NCBI GenBank assembly: GCA_027490215.1
Contig: JAIXYO010000025.1
Coordinates: forward strand, 7,277 to 71,276
Length of the DNA stretch: 64,000 nucleotides
Source of the DNA: Rubrivivax sp.
GTDB lineage: Bacteria > Pseudomonadota > Gammaproteobacteria > Burkholderiales > Burkholderiaceae_C
Direction: 5' to 3'
Shown: piece after piece, positions 38,748-47,784 of the stretch
Numbering within the stretch: position 1 is the stretch's first letter
Layout: each line of letters begins with the position of its first letter
Translations under genes and position numbers: made by a program
The notes under the pieces: model-generated
Database searches by the model: none
What the model was told of the DNA's origin: nothing
What the model saw: the letters and a program-made list of their open reading frames with translations, nothing else

Positions 38748-39686
38748 ATGAGCTCACACATCATCATCGCCACCCGGGAAAGTCGCCTCGCGCTGTGGCA
38801 AGCCGAATACGTCCGCGATCTGTTGAAAAGCTGCTTCGGCCTCAGTGTCGAGTTGCTCGGCATGACCACGCGGGGCGACGAGATTCTGGACCGCACCCTG
38901 TCGAAGGTCGGTGGCAAGGGCCTGTTCGTCAAGGAGCTTGAAACCGCGCTCGAAGAGGGCCGCGCGCAACTGGCGGTGCATTCGCTCAAGGATGTGCCGA
39001 TGGATCTGCCTGATGGCTTCGAGCTGGCGGCCGTGCTGGAGCGAGAAGACCCGCGCGATGCCTTCGTGTCGAACCAATACGGCTCGCTCGCCGATCTGCC
39101 GAAAGGTGCAAAGGTCGGCACCTCCAGCCTGCGCCGGGTCGTGCAGTTGCGGGCCCTGCGCCCTGACCTGCTGGTTGAACCGCTGCGTGGCAACCTGGAC
39201 ACCCGGCTGCGCAAGCTCGACGAGGGTCAGTACGACGCGATCGTGCTGGCGGCCGCCGGGCTGAAGCGATTGGGCATGGCCTCGCGCATCCGCAGCGAGT
39301 TCGCCACGGATCAGATGCTGCCCTGTGCCGGCCAAGGCGCACTCGGGCTCGAAGTGCGCAGCGATGCGACCGCGCTGCGATCAAAGCTTGCAACGCTGGT
39401 GCACGCACCGACCGCCTTGGCGGTGCAGGCCGAACGGGCTGTGTCGCGTGCGCTCGGCGGCAGTTGCAGCATGCCTTTGGCGGCACACGCGGTGTGGATC
39501 GACGGTGCGCTCAGTCTGCGTGCTGCGGTGGGTCACCCGGAGAATGTCGAAGCACCACTGTTGCGGGCGTCGGTCAATGCTGTCGTGCAAACCGAAGCCC
39601 AGGCTCGCGCGCTGGGCGAGCAGGCGGCCGCGGCCTTGCGCGAGGCCGGTGCGGCGGCCTACCTGAGTGCGGTGGGCAGCGCCTGA
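38748..39686 (+). CDS. hemC: hydroxymethylbilane synthase (porphobilinogen deaminase)
   Basis: [17 protein letters not shown]..., [43 protein letters not shown]. Confidence 0.94.
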   Translation: MSSHIIIATRESRLALWQAEYVRDLLKSCFGLSVELLGMTTRGDEILDRTLSKVGGKGLFVKELETALEEGRAQLAVHSLKDVPMDLPDGFELAAVLEREDPRDAFVSNQYGSLADLPKGAKVGTSSLRRVVQLRALRPDLLVEPLRGNLDTRLRKLDEGQYDAIVLAAAGLKRLGMASRIRSEFATDQMLPCAGQGALGLEVRSDATALRSKLATLVHAPTALAVQAERAVSRALGGSCSMPLAAHAVWIDGALSLRAAVGHPENVEAPLLRASVNAVVQTEAQARALGEQAAAALREAGAAAYLSAVGSA

Positions 39687-39754
39687 ACCCGCGCGTCGCG
39701 GCGGCAGACAGTCCGCTTCCACGGCGCGGCCTAGCCGCCTGAAGGATCGGTCCC

Positions 39755-40522
39755 ATGCGTGTCATCGTCACCCGCCCGGCCTCGCAGGCGTCGCCTTGGG
39801 TGCAGTCCCTGGAGCAGCACGGTCTCACGGCGCAGGCGTTGCCACTGTTGGAGATCGCCCCGGCGCTCGACGCCACTGAGGTGGCCAACGCCTGGCTGCG
39901 GCTCGGTGAGGCCCAGCTGGTGATGTTCGTCAGCGCCAACGCAGTCGAGCACTTCTTCGCGTTGCGCCCGCCTGGCGCTGCATGGCCGACCCACACCCAG
40001 GCGGGCTCGCCCGGCCCGGGCACGACACGCGCCCTGCTCGATGCCGCCGTGCCGATGTCGCAGATCGTCGAGCCGGCGCACGACAGCCCGCAGTTCGACT
40101 CCGAAGCCCTGTGGCAGACCCTGCGCGAGCAGGACTGGCAAGGCAAATCAGTCCAGGTGGTGCGCGGCGACGGCGGGCGCGACTGGCTGGCCGACACGCT
40201 GCGTGCACATGGCGCGGACGTCGGCTTCGTGTCGGCTTATCGGCGGGTCCCCCCGCGGTGGGACGCGGCAGCTCGGTCCCAGCTCGCTGAGGCACTCGCG
40301 CGGCCCGCCGATCACCTGTGGCTCTTCAGCAGTTCCGAATCCATCAACCATCTGATGGCGCACCTGCGTCAATCGGCCGTGGCGCTGCCCTCAGGCGCCA
40401 GGGCGCTGGCCACGCACCCACGCATTGCCGACTGCGCACAGACAGCCGGTTTCGCACCCGTGTGGCAGTCGCTGCCCACGGTCGTCGAGGTGGTCGCCTG
40501 CATACAATCGATCGCACCTTGA
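39755..40522 (+). CDS. hemD: uroporphyrinogen-III synthase
   Basis: 255 aa, MRVIVTRPASQASPWVQSLEQHGL..., in the hemC-hemD position. Confidence 0.88.
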   Translation: MRVIVTRPASQASPWVQSLEQHGLTAQALPLLEIAPALDATEVANAWLRLGEAQLVMFVSANAVEHFFALRPPGAAWPTHTQAGSPGPGTTRALLDAAVPMSQIVEPAHDSPQFDSEALWQTLREQDWQGKSVQVVRGDGGRDWLADTLRAHGADVGFVSAYRRVPPRWDAAARSQLAEALARPADHLWLFSSSESINHLMAHLRQSAVALPSGARALATHPRIADCAQTAGFAPVWQSLPTVVEVVACIQSIAP

Positions 40523-41676
40523 ACGACCACCCCGCCGCCGCCGTTTCAGCGGAATCTTCGCTGCCGCCGCCCGTGGCCGATCTGCATTTCACTGAGCTGA
40601 CGCCGACACATCGCACCGCGCTGGGGTTCGACGTGCGCTGGTTGTATGCGCTGGCTGCCGTGCTGGCGGTGGTGGCTGGCGTCAGCCTGACCCTCGCCTG
40701 GAAGACGCAGCAGCGCGTCAAGGCGATCGAGCAGGAGATGGTCAGGCGGCTTGATGAAGGCCGCCTGCAGTCCAGCGAGGCGCAGTTGCTGTCCAAGCAG
40801 TCGCAAGACAGCTCGCTGGCCACGGCCGCCAAGGTCGCTCTGCTCGAAGCGCGCGTGGCCGAGGTCTCGATCCAGCGCAGCCAGCTGGAAGACCTGATGC
40901 AGTCGCTGTCACGGTCGCGCGACGAAAACATGCTGGTCGACATCGACGCGGGAATTCGCGTCGCGATGCAGCAGACGGCCATCACAGGGAGCGCCGAGCC
41001 CCTGGTCGCGATGCTCAAGCAGGCCGACGAGCGACTGCTGCGCTCTGGGCAGCCACGACTCGAAGGTGTCAGGCGCTCGATTGCGCGCGACCTCGACCGC
41101 GTGAAAGCCGTCGGCCTGACCGACATCCCGACACTGACGATCAAGCTCGACGAGGCAGCGCGAATGGTCGACGAATTGCCGCTGCTCGCGAATGCGCTTC
41201 CGCGGTCGGTGGTGAGCAAAGGCAAGCCGCTGGTGACGCCAGCGCAACCAGCGGCCAGCGTGCCGGGCAGCGCCGCGTCGGCCCCGTCAGCGCCGTGGTG
41301 GCAGACCTGGAAGGGCGGCTGGTCCGCGGTCACAGAGCGCATGTGGAGCGAAGCCAAGTCCCTGATCCGCGTGACCCGCATCGACCACCCCGAGGCGATG
41401 CTGCTGGCACCGGACAACGCGTTCTTCGTGCGTGAGAACCTGAAGCTGCGGCTACTGAACGCCCGCCTGGCGCTGCTCAGCCGCCAGTTCGAGACCACAC
41501 AGAGCGATCTGCAGCTGACGCAGAACGCGCTTGACCGCTACTTCGACCGCAGTGCCCGCAGTACCGTCCTGCTCTCTCAGCTGCTGAGCCAGGTGGCCGC
41601 GCAGTCGCGAGAAGTCAATGTGCCCAAGCCCGACGACACGCTGGCCGCCGTGGCCGCTGCGGCGGCCGGTCGCTGA
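40519..41676 (+). CDS. hemX: HemX-like membrane protein (heme operon protein, often mis-annotated as uroporphyrinogen-III C-methyltransferase)
   Basis: Single TM (LYALAAVLAVVAGVSLTLAW) followed by a long coiled-coil and a conserved C-terminal region, in the position after hemD. Start is uncertain (TTG at 40519 chosen). Confidence 0.72.
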   Translation: MNDHPAAAVSAESSLPPPVADLHFTELTPTHRTALGFDVRWLYALAAVLAVVAGVSLTLAWKTQQRVKAIEQEMVRRLDEGRLQSSEAQLLSKQSQDSSLATAAKVALLEARVAEVSIQRSQLEDLMQSLSRSRDENMLVDIDAGIRVAMQQTAITGSAEPLVAMLKQADERLLRSGQPRLEGVRRSIARDLDRVKAVGLTDIPTLTIKLDEAARMVDELPLLANALPRSVVSKGKPLVTPAQPAASVPGSAASAPSAPWWQTWKGGWSAVTERMWSEAKSLIRVTRIDHPEAMLLAPDNAFFVRENLKLRLLNARLALLSRQFETTQSDLQLTQNALDRYFDRSARSTVLLSQLLSQVAAQSREVNVPKPDDTLAAVAAAAAGR

Positions 41677-41700
41677 TCACCACCACGGGCTGCAGCGGCG

Positions 41701-42945
41701 ATGCGCTCGGTGATCTGGTTCGTGCTGTTGTTCGGCGCTGCGGTGGTGGCGGCATCGACGCTGGGAGCCAACGACGGGCTGGTCAGCGTCTACGCAGGCA
41801 CCTGGCGATTCGACGTGTCGCTGAACCTCTTCCTGCTGGTGCTGGTCGTTGGGTGCTTTGCGATGGTCTCGCTGATCCATGCGGCCAACAGACTGATCGG
41901 TCTGCCCGAGCGCGCCCGCCTGTGGCGCGTCGCGCGGCGCGAGCGCACCGCACAAGCCGCCTTGCGCGAATCGTTGGCGCAGTATTTCGCCGGCCGCTAC
42001 AGCCGCGCGAAGTCGGCCGCGCAACATGCGCTGGCGATCCAGGAAGACACACCAGAGCTCAAGCGCGACGCTGAATTCAGCGTGCTCGGCCTGCTGCTGG
42101 CCGCCGGCAGCGCGCACCGGCTGCAAGACCGCAAGCAGCGTGACGAGCACCTGACACGCGCATTCGAACTGGCGCAAGGACAAGCTTCTGCGCGGACGGC
42201 CGAAGAAGGCGCCCGTCTGATGGCCGCCGAATGGGCGATCGATGATCGCGATGCCCAGCGCAGTCTTCAATTGCTGAGTGACATGCCCCCCGGGGTGGTG
42301 CGTCGCACGCAGGCCTTGCGGCTGAAGCTGCAGGCCGCGCGACTCGGACAGCAGCCTCATGAGGCACTGAAAACAGCGCGGCTGCTGGTCAAGCACCAGG
42401 GTCTGTCGAAAGCCGCCAGTCAGGGCCTGCTGCGCTCGCTGGCCTTCGAATGCCTGGACACGGCGCACGACATCGATCAGCTGAGGCGCACCTGGCAGTC
42501 GCTCGACGTGGTCGATCGCCGAGACAATTTCGTCGCGGCCCGCGCGGCCCTGCGTGCAGCGCAGTTCGGCTCAGCCGACGACGCAAGAAGCTGGCTGCGC
42601 CCAGGGTGGGAGCGCATCGAAGACACCAGCGACGACGAGCGCGCAGCGCTGTCATACGCGCTGGCCTGCGCGATCGACGGCATCGGCGCCGACTGGCTGC
42701 CGCGGCTCGAATCGGCCCAGTCAGCCTTTCCGCGTGAAGCCGCCGTGGCGCATGCGGTCGGCACCGCGCTGGCCGAGCGGCAGCTTTGGGGCAAGGCACG
42801 GCAACTGCTCGAGGTTGCGGCAGCCGATGCCAACCTGCCGATCGCTGCAAAGCGCATGGCCTGGCTGACGCTGGCCCGACTGGCCGAGAAAGAAGGCCAG
42901 TCAGAACGAGCTGCCAGCAGCTACAGAAACGCCGCGACGCTCTGA
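41701..42945 (+). CDS. hemY: HemY-like protein (HemY_N plus TPR-like C-terminus)
   Basis: MRSVIWFVLLFGAAVVAAS..., two N-terminal TM helices, Ala/Leu-rich TPR-like repeats, in the position after hemX. Confidence 0.8.
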   Translation: MRSVIWFVLLFGAAVVAASTLGANDGLVSVYAGTWRFDVSLNLFLLVLVVGCFAMVSLIHAANRLIGLPERARLWRVARRERTAQAALRESLAQYFAGRYSRAKSAAQHALAIQEDTPELKRDAEFSVLGLLLAAGSAHRLQDRKQRDEHLTRAFELAQGQASARTAEEGARLMAAEWAIDDRDAQRSLQLLSDMPPGVVRRTQALRLKLQAARLGQQPHEALKTARLLVKHQGLSKAASQGLLRSLAFECLDTAHDIDQLRRTWQSLDVVDRRDNFVAARAALRAAQFGSADDARSWLRPGWERIEDTSDDERAALSYALACAIDGIGADWLPRLESAQSAFPREAAVAHAVGTALAERQLWGKARQLLEVAAADANLPIAAKRMAWLTLARLAEKEGQSERAASSYRNAATL

Positions 42946-42963
42946 AGAAGCCGCATTGCGGCT

Positions 42964-42978
42964 GCTATACTCGCGGGC
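42964..42978 (+). promoter_or_regulatory. probable tRNA-Arg promoter -10 (TATACT) plus GC-rich discriminator
   Basis: gcTATACTcgcgggc, identical to the 15-mer upstream of tRNA-Thr. It ends 4 nt before the mature 5' end. Confidence 0.5.
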
Positions 42979-42981
42979 GTT

Positions 42982-43058
42982 GCGGCTGTAGCTCAGCTGG
43001 ATAGAGTACTTGGCTACGAACCAAGGGGTCGTGGGTTCGATTCCTGCCAGCCGCACCA
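42982..43058 (+). tRNA. tRNA-Arg (anticodon ACG)
   Basis: 77 nt, acceptor gcggctg/cagccgc, encoded CCA, anticodon loop ctACGaa. Very similar to E. coli argQ-type tRNA from memory. Confidence 0.9.
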
Positions 43059-43067
43059 GTTAAATCA

Positions 43068-43106
43068 AAGGGTTAGCTCTCACAAGGAGCTAGCCCTTTT
43101 TGTTTG
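43068..43106. terminator. rho-independent (possibly bidirectional) terminator
   Basis: agggttagctc-tcacaag-gagctagccct followed by ttttgtttgg. The reverse strand also has a T-rich tail (tttgattt), so it may also terminate mazF. Confidence 0.7.
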
Positions 43107-43171
43107 GCCCTGTCTCCCTTGCGCAGACGATGTGCTCGGCGCGGGTTTCGGCTTCGTTCAAGGCTGGCCCT

Positions 43172-43489
43172 TCAGGCTGCGAACATGGCCTGCAATGTCT
43201 GCAAGGTCAAAGCCAGGGTGGGCGCACGCAGCGCGCCCAGCCGCTTGACCAGGCGCGTCCGGTCCAGGGTGCGTATCTGGTCCAGCACGATCAGCCCCTG
43301 CTTGCCCTGAAAGGTGAGCGGCACACGGAATGCGGCAGGCCGCGAACCCGTGGTCATTGGCGCGACGATCACTGTGCGCAGGTGCTCATTCATCTCGTCA
43401 GGCGACACCACCACGCAAGGCCGGGTCTTCTGGATCTCGCTGCCCACCGTCGGGTCGAGCTGGGCGAGCCAGATTTCACCCGTCTTCAT
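43172..43489 (-). CDS. mazF: type II toxin, MazF/PemK family endoribonuclease
   Basis: MKTGEIWLAQLDPTVGSEIQKTRPCVVVSPDEMN...VAPMTT...LDQIRTLDRTRLV is canonical PemK/MazF. The start shares one nt with the antitoxin stop (TGATG). Confidence 0.88.
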   Translation of the reverse strand: MKTGEIWLAQLDPTVGSEIQKTRPCVVVSPDEMNEHLRTVIVAPMTTGSRPAAFRVPLTFQGKQGLIVLDQIRTLDRTRLVKRLGALRAPTLALTLQTLQAMFAA

Positions 43490-43737
43490 CACCAGACGAG
43501 CCCGGCATCACCTTCGTTGGCCACCTCGGGCCAGACCAGCGCGTCGGCACCTTGGGCCGCCAGGCGCTGCGCATCTGCACCCCAGCCCTCGCGCGGGTTG
43601 CTGCGGATGGCGCGGATCTCGATCACTCCATCACGGACCTGCAGGTCGGCAGTGGCCTCCAGACCCAGCTGGGCCAGGATGGGCTTGGGGATGATCACGC
43701 CCTGCGAATTGCCCATTTTGCGTATCGTCACTTCCAT
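43489..43737 (-). CDS. mazE: AbrB/MazE/SpoVT-family antitoxin
   Basis: 82 aa, MEVTIRKMGNSQGVIIPKPILAQLGL... is a SpoVT-AbrB swapped-hairpin motif, immediately upstream of mazF. Confidence 0.85.
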   Translation of the reverse strand: MEVTIRKMGNSQGVIIPKPILAQLGLEATADLQVRDGVIEIRAIRSNPREGWGADAQRLAAQGADALVWPEVANEGDAGLVW

Positions 43738-43800
43738 GCTTTCAATCTCCCCATCGGACGCACAATGTTATCACTCGGCATTGAGTGCAGGATCGCTGTC

Positions 43801-44196
43801 ATGACCGTAGCTGACAGGCTGAAGAGATGGGCTCAACAAGTCAAGCGCGACGCAGTGACGCTCTGGTTCGCCGGTCAACATCCCGGCACGCCTTGGTACG
43901 CAAAGGCACTGGGCGTCTTTGTGGTGGCGTATGCACTCAGTCCGATTGACCTCATCCCGGACTTCATTCCGGTGATTGGCTACTTGGACGACGTGTTGCT
44001 GCTGCCGGGCTTGATCTGGTTAGCGGTAAGACTATTGCCATCGGAGGTACTGGCGGACTGCCGCAGCCAGGCAGACGTGTGGATGAAAACGCAGGGCAAG
44101 AAGCCAAGCAGCCGAATCGGTGCGGTACTGATCCTGTCGCTCTGGATCGCCATCAGCGTTGCACTCTGGAGTTGGTTTTTTCACCCCTGGCCATAG
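43801..44196 (+). CDS. DUF1232 (YkvA-like) membrane protein
   Basis: 131 aa. AYALSPIDLIPDFIPVIGYLDDVLLLP is the DUF1232 signature. Transcribed divergently from mazEF. Confidence 0.8.
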   Translation: MTVADRLKRWAQQVKRDAVTLWFAGQHPGTPWYAKALGVFVVAYALSPIDLIPDFIPVIGYLDDVLLLPGLIWLAVRLLPSEVLADCRSQADVWMKTQGKKPSSRIGAVLILSLWIAISVALWSWFFHPWP

Positions 44197-44246
44197 CAGG
44201 CACAGCGCGGTGATTTCGGTCCAGCAGCATCCGAACCGGCGACCGA

Positions 44247-45338
44247 TCACGGCCCGTTCATCAGCAGCCGGTCATACAGCGACAGATAGGCGTTGACGAT
44301 GGCGGGCTTGCTGAAGTTCGCCTGCAGGAATTGCCGCCCCGCCTCGCCGAATGCAGCCCGCTGCGAAGGTGTGGCTGCCAGCATGTCCCTGATCCTGCCG
44401 GCCAGGGCTTCAGGCGCCTCGATCGGCGACAGCAGCCCGGTGGTGCCGTCGTCGATCAGCTCGGTCGCGCCCGGGGTTCGTGTGCTCACCACCGGCAGCC
44501 CGTGGTTCCACGCTTCCAGAATCACATTGCCCAGAGTTTCCTTGCGCGACGGGCAGATGAACACATCGGCGAGGCTGTAGAAGGCGTCGGGCGGGTCCTG
44601 CCAGCCCAGCCAGCGCACCTGGCTTTCCAGTTGCAATTGCGAGGTGAGGGATTTCAACTCGGCATCCAGCGGGCCGGTGCCGGCGATCAGCAGCACCCAG
44701 GGTCGGCCGTTGATCTCGCGGGGCAACAGTGAAGCGGCTTTCAACAGGTCGTCGAAGCCTTTGATGTCGATCAGCCGGCCCAGCGTGAACATCACCCAGG
44801 CGTCTTTGGGAATGGCCCATTCGGCGCGCAAGGCCTCGACCTGCTGCGGCGAAGCCACGACCGGGTCGGGCACGAAATTGCCGATGTGGAACACCCGCTC
44901 GGCGGGCAGGCCGGACTTCACCAGGTAGTCGCACAGGCCTTTGGTGTTGCCGACCCAGGCATGGGCGTGGCGGTAGTAGCCGTCGATCTTGTAGTAGCCG
45001 CCGAGCCGGGCGATGTGAACGGCGCGGGTCTTGGCCGGCAGCCGCGTCAGCCGGGTCGCGCGGCCCATGTAGGTCTGCACGATGCAAGGCTCACGCTGCG
45101 CGACCAGCGCACGCAGCCGCCACACCGTCCACGCGTCGAAGCTGTTGGCAAACGGGAAATGAACCTGGGGCACATCGTCATCGTTCAGCGCCTGCGCAAC
45201 GGGGCTGCCCACGCGGTTGATCGCGGTCACATCCTGGCCCGCTTCGCGCAGGGCCCGGATCAGTCGCACATAGAACTGATCCGCCCCGCCGAACTGCCGC
45301 CCCCCCAGCACATGGATGGAGGCCGGGTGATCAGGCAT
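44247..45338 (-). CDS. glycosyltransferase family 4 (GT-B, group 1)
   Basis: 363 aa from the ATG at 45338 (MPDHPASIHVLGGRQFGGADQFYVRL...). C-terminal E-x7-E region CPSRKETLGNVILEAWNHGLPVVSTRTPGATELI. Confidence 0.85.
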   Translation of the reverse strand: MPDHPASIHVLGGRQFGGADQFYVRLIRALREAGQDVTAINRVGSPVAQALNDDDVPQVHFPFANSFDAWTVWRLRALVAQREPCIVQTYMGRATRLTRLPAKTRAVHIARLGGYYKIDGYYRHAHAWVGNTKGLCDYLVKSGLPAERVFHIGNFVPDPVVASPQQVEALRAEWAIPKDAWVMFTLGRLIDIKGFDDLLKAASLLPREINGRPWVLLIAGTGPLDAELKSLTSQLQLESQVRWLGWQDPPDAFYSLADVFICPSRKETLGNVILEAWNHGLPVVSTRTPGATELIDDGTTGLLSPIEAPEALAGRIRDMLAATPSQRAAFGEAGRQFLQANFSKPAIVNAYLSLYDRLLMNGP

Positions 45339-46077
45339 AGCGGTCTTTGCGGCGGTTCTTGACGAGCAGTTTCCAGGCGAAGCCGAACAGGTCGTCGCCA
45401 TAGGCAATCGCCTTGCGTGGAATCTCGTAGCGGTTGGGCGCCGTGTTGGCGGTGCCGCGGCTGCAGGTGAGCGCGGCCTGGTAGCCGGCCTGGGCCACCG
45501 CGTCGCGCACGGCGGGGTTGTAGTCGCCATAGGGGTAGGCGAAAAAGTCCACCGCGGCGCCCAGCGACTGCTCCAGCGCGGCCTTGCTGTCGGCGATCTC
45601 GCGCATGGCTTCGGTGGCGCCGAGCTGGCTCAGGCGCGGATGGCTGACGGTGTGCGAGCCGATCTCGACCTGGGCCGAGCGCAGTTCCCGCAGTTGCTGT
45701 GCCGACATCAGCGGCGAGTCCTGCCCGCCGCTGCTCAGCCAGCGCGCCGGCTGACCGAGCAACCCCGACACAGCGAACAACACCGAGGGGTAGCCGAATT
45801 CCGCCATGACCGGCAAGGCATGCTCGGCAAAGTTCTCGTAGCCATCGTCGAAGCTGAGGACGACCGAGCGGCCTGCCAGTGGCTGGCCTTCGAACAGCGT
45901 GGCCTGGGCCTCCCGCAGGCTGATGACACGGCAGCCCAAGGTCTTCAACAGCCCCATCTGGGCTCGGAAGCGCCGCACATCACAAAAGCTGGAGCGGTGT
46001 TGCGTGGGCTCGGCGAAACGCCCTACCTGGTGGTACATCAGCACCGAAATGGGCGGAGCAGGGTTGGGCGCGTCCAT
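45331..46077 (-). CDS. polysaccharide deacetylase (NodB homology domain)
   Basis: 248 aa from the ATG at 46077. LSFDDGYENF, GSHTVSHPRL and FAYPYG are NodB motifs. It overlaps the GT4 start by 8 nt. Confidence 0.85.
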   Translation of the reverse strand: MDAPNPAPPISVLMYHQVGRFAEPTQHRSSFCDVRRFRAQMGLLKTLGCRVISLREAQATLFEGQPLAGRSVVLSFDDGYENFAEHALPVMAEFGYPSVLFAVSGLLGQPARWLSSGGQDSPLMSAQQLRELRSAQVEIGSHTVSHPRLSQLGATEAMREIADSKAALEQSLGAAVDFFAYPYGDYNPAVRDAVAQAGYQAALTCSRGTANTAPNRYEIPRKAIAYGDDLFGFAWKLLVKNRRKDRYA

Positions 46078-46132
46078 CAGCTTGCGCCCGCCCTGGGCCG
46101 CATGGTCTTCACGGCCCACCCAGCGAACGAGG

Positions 46133-47284
46133 TCAATCGGCGCGGCCCAGCGGGGGCATCGACGATGTGGGCGCAGCGCCGTCGAGAGCATCCGATGTTC
46201 GCTGATCGATTCGCGCACCGGCTGGGCGCCGCTCAAGCAGCCAGCCGACGCCGCACAGCGGCACGACCAGCAAGGCCAGGCACAGGAACCGCGTCGCGGT
46301 GTCCATCGTCTCGGCATTCCACAGGAAGAAGCCGCAGCCCACCGCAGTGGTCAGGAACAGGCCAATGGCGGCAGCCCTTGCAGCGCCAGTGGCGGGCGGG
46401 TCGTAGCGCTTGCGCTGCGGGTCGAACGGCGCATGCGGAAAGCGCTGTGCGACATCAGCCGGCCGCCAGCCAGGTCGCATGACGAAGACCTTCAGCTTGT
46501 CCTGCCAGCGCTGTGCATGCCACGCATCGTGCAGCAAGGCGCCATACACCTGGACGACCGCGCGCAGCGGGTTGAAGCTGCGCAACGGCGTGCGCGTGCC
46601 GAACACACAGCGCTCGGTTTCTGCCGCGTAGGTACCAAACAGGCGATCCCAGAGCACGAACAAGCCGCCGTAGTTGCGATCGACGTAGCAGTCGTTCACC
46701 GAGTGATGCACGCGGTGGTTGGACGGCGTGGTGACCACACCGTCAAGCCAGCCCAGCTTGCCCACTTGCTCGGTGTGCGCCCAGATCTGGTAGTACTGGA
46801 CGAAGAGCAGGCTGAAACCGAAGATGTCTGGTGGCACTCCCAAAAAGGCCATGGGCAGATAGAACGGCCAGCCCAGCACCGCGTTCTGGCTTTCCTGACG
46901 CAGCGCGGTGCAGATGTTCAGCTCCTCGCTCTGATGATGCACGGTGTGAGCGGCCCAGAAGATGGCGATCTCATGGCCGGCCCGGTGCAGCCAGTACTCG
47001 CAGAAGTCGAACAGCACCACCGCCACCGCAAACCCGTACCAGGTGTGCCAGAACGGCGAGTCGACCTGGTAACCCAGCGTCACGAACACCAGTGCGTAGA
47101 TGCCGATCTGCAGCAGAGGAGTGGAGGCAGCCACCAGCTGGCTGATCAACCCCTGGCTGAGGTTTGCCAGCGTGTCATTGGTGCGGTAGGTCTTGCGCCC
47201 CCGCTTGATGCTGACGATCATTTCCAGCACGACGACAAGCGCCAGAAAAGGGATCGTCAGGATGATGGCCTGTTCCATGTCCAT
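46133..47284 (-). CDS. fatty-acid hydroxylase / sterol-desaturase superfamily membrane protein with extra C-terminal TM region
   Basis: Histidine boxes HRAGHE, HTVHHQSEE and NHRVHH, plus multiple TM helices. Confidence 0.8.
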   Translation of the reverse strand: MDMEQAIILTIPFLALVVVLEMIVSIKRGRKTYRTNDTLANLSQGLISQLVAASTPLLQIGIYALVFVTLGYQVDSPFWHTWYGFAVAVVLFDFCEYWLHRAGHEIAIFWAAHTVHHQSEELNICTALRQESQNAVLGWPFYLPMAFLGVPPDIFGFSLLFVQYYQIWAHTEQVGKLGWLDGVVTTPSNHRVHHSVNDCYVDRNYGGLFVLWDRLFGTYAAETERCVFGTRTPLRSFNPLRAVVQVYGALLHDAWHAQRWQDKLKVFVMRPGWRPADVAQRFPHAPFDPQRKRYDPPATGAARAAAIGLFLTTAVGCGFFLWNAETMDTATRFLCLALLVVPLCGVGWLLERRPAGARIDQRTSDALDGAAPTSSMPPLGRAD

Positions 47285-47344
47285 GGTGTAAGTCCGCTAG
47301 AAGGTTCTCGAAAATCAAGTCGGGCTAGGCGTCACGAGGCGGGT

Positions 47345-47770
47345 TCAAGGCAGGCGACACGCAAACGCTCGCAGGGCATCGGCAATCGAACCGGGAGGTA
47401 CCGCTGCCCATTCTCCCAGCGCATTGTTGGTGTAGACCACTTCGCCCCAACCTGTGTAGTCGGCATGGCGCGTGAATGCCAGATGACGGCTGCGCGCTTC
47501 GACACAGTCGTACTCGATCTGCTGCTTCGACGAAAGAAATTCTCTCCCATCGGCCATCTTGCGGGCCTGGGTGTAGTTGATGACGCTCCACATCGTGGCG
47601 CGGCCGGTGCTGCGGGTGATCTTGGCCGGGTCGGCCCACACGGTCACCACGCCATCACCGCGCAACCGCTCCCAGGCTGCTGACGCCTGACCAGCTGCGC
47701 CGACCAACAACGCACCCATGACGCAGATGATCCAGCGCCGACTAGGCTTCCACTCCGATCGAAGAACCAC
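47345..47770 (-). CDS. secreted hypothetical protein (possibly surface-adhesin-E-like fold)
   Basis: Signal peptide (RRWIICVMGALLVGAAGQASA). The pattern W..V......ST...MWSVINY....K......FLSSKQQIEYDC...R.R recalls Adhesin_E-type proteins. This is a weak, memory-based call. Confidence 0.5.
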   Translation of the reverse strand: MVLRSEWKPSRRWIICVMGALLVGAAGQASAAWERLRGDGVVTVWADPAKITRSTGRATMWSVINYTQARKMADGREFLSSKQQIEYDCVEARSRHLAFTRHADYTGWGEVVYTNNALGEWAAVPPGSIADALRAFACRLP

Positions 47771-47784
47771 GCCTCAACCCCTCC

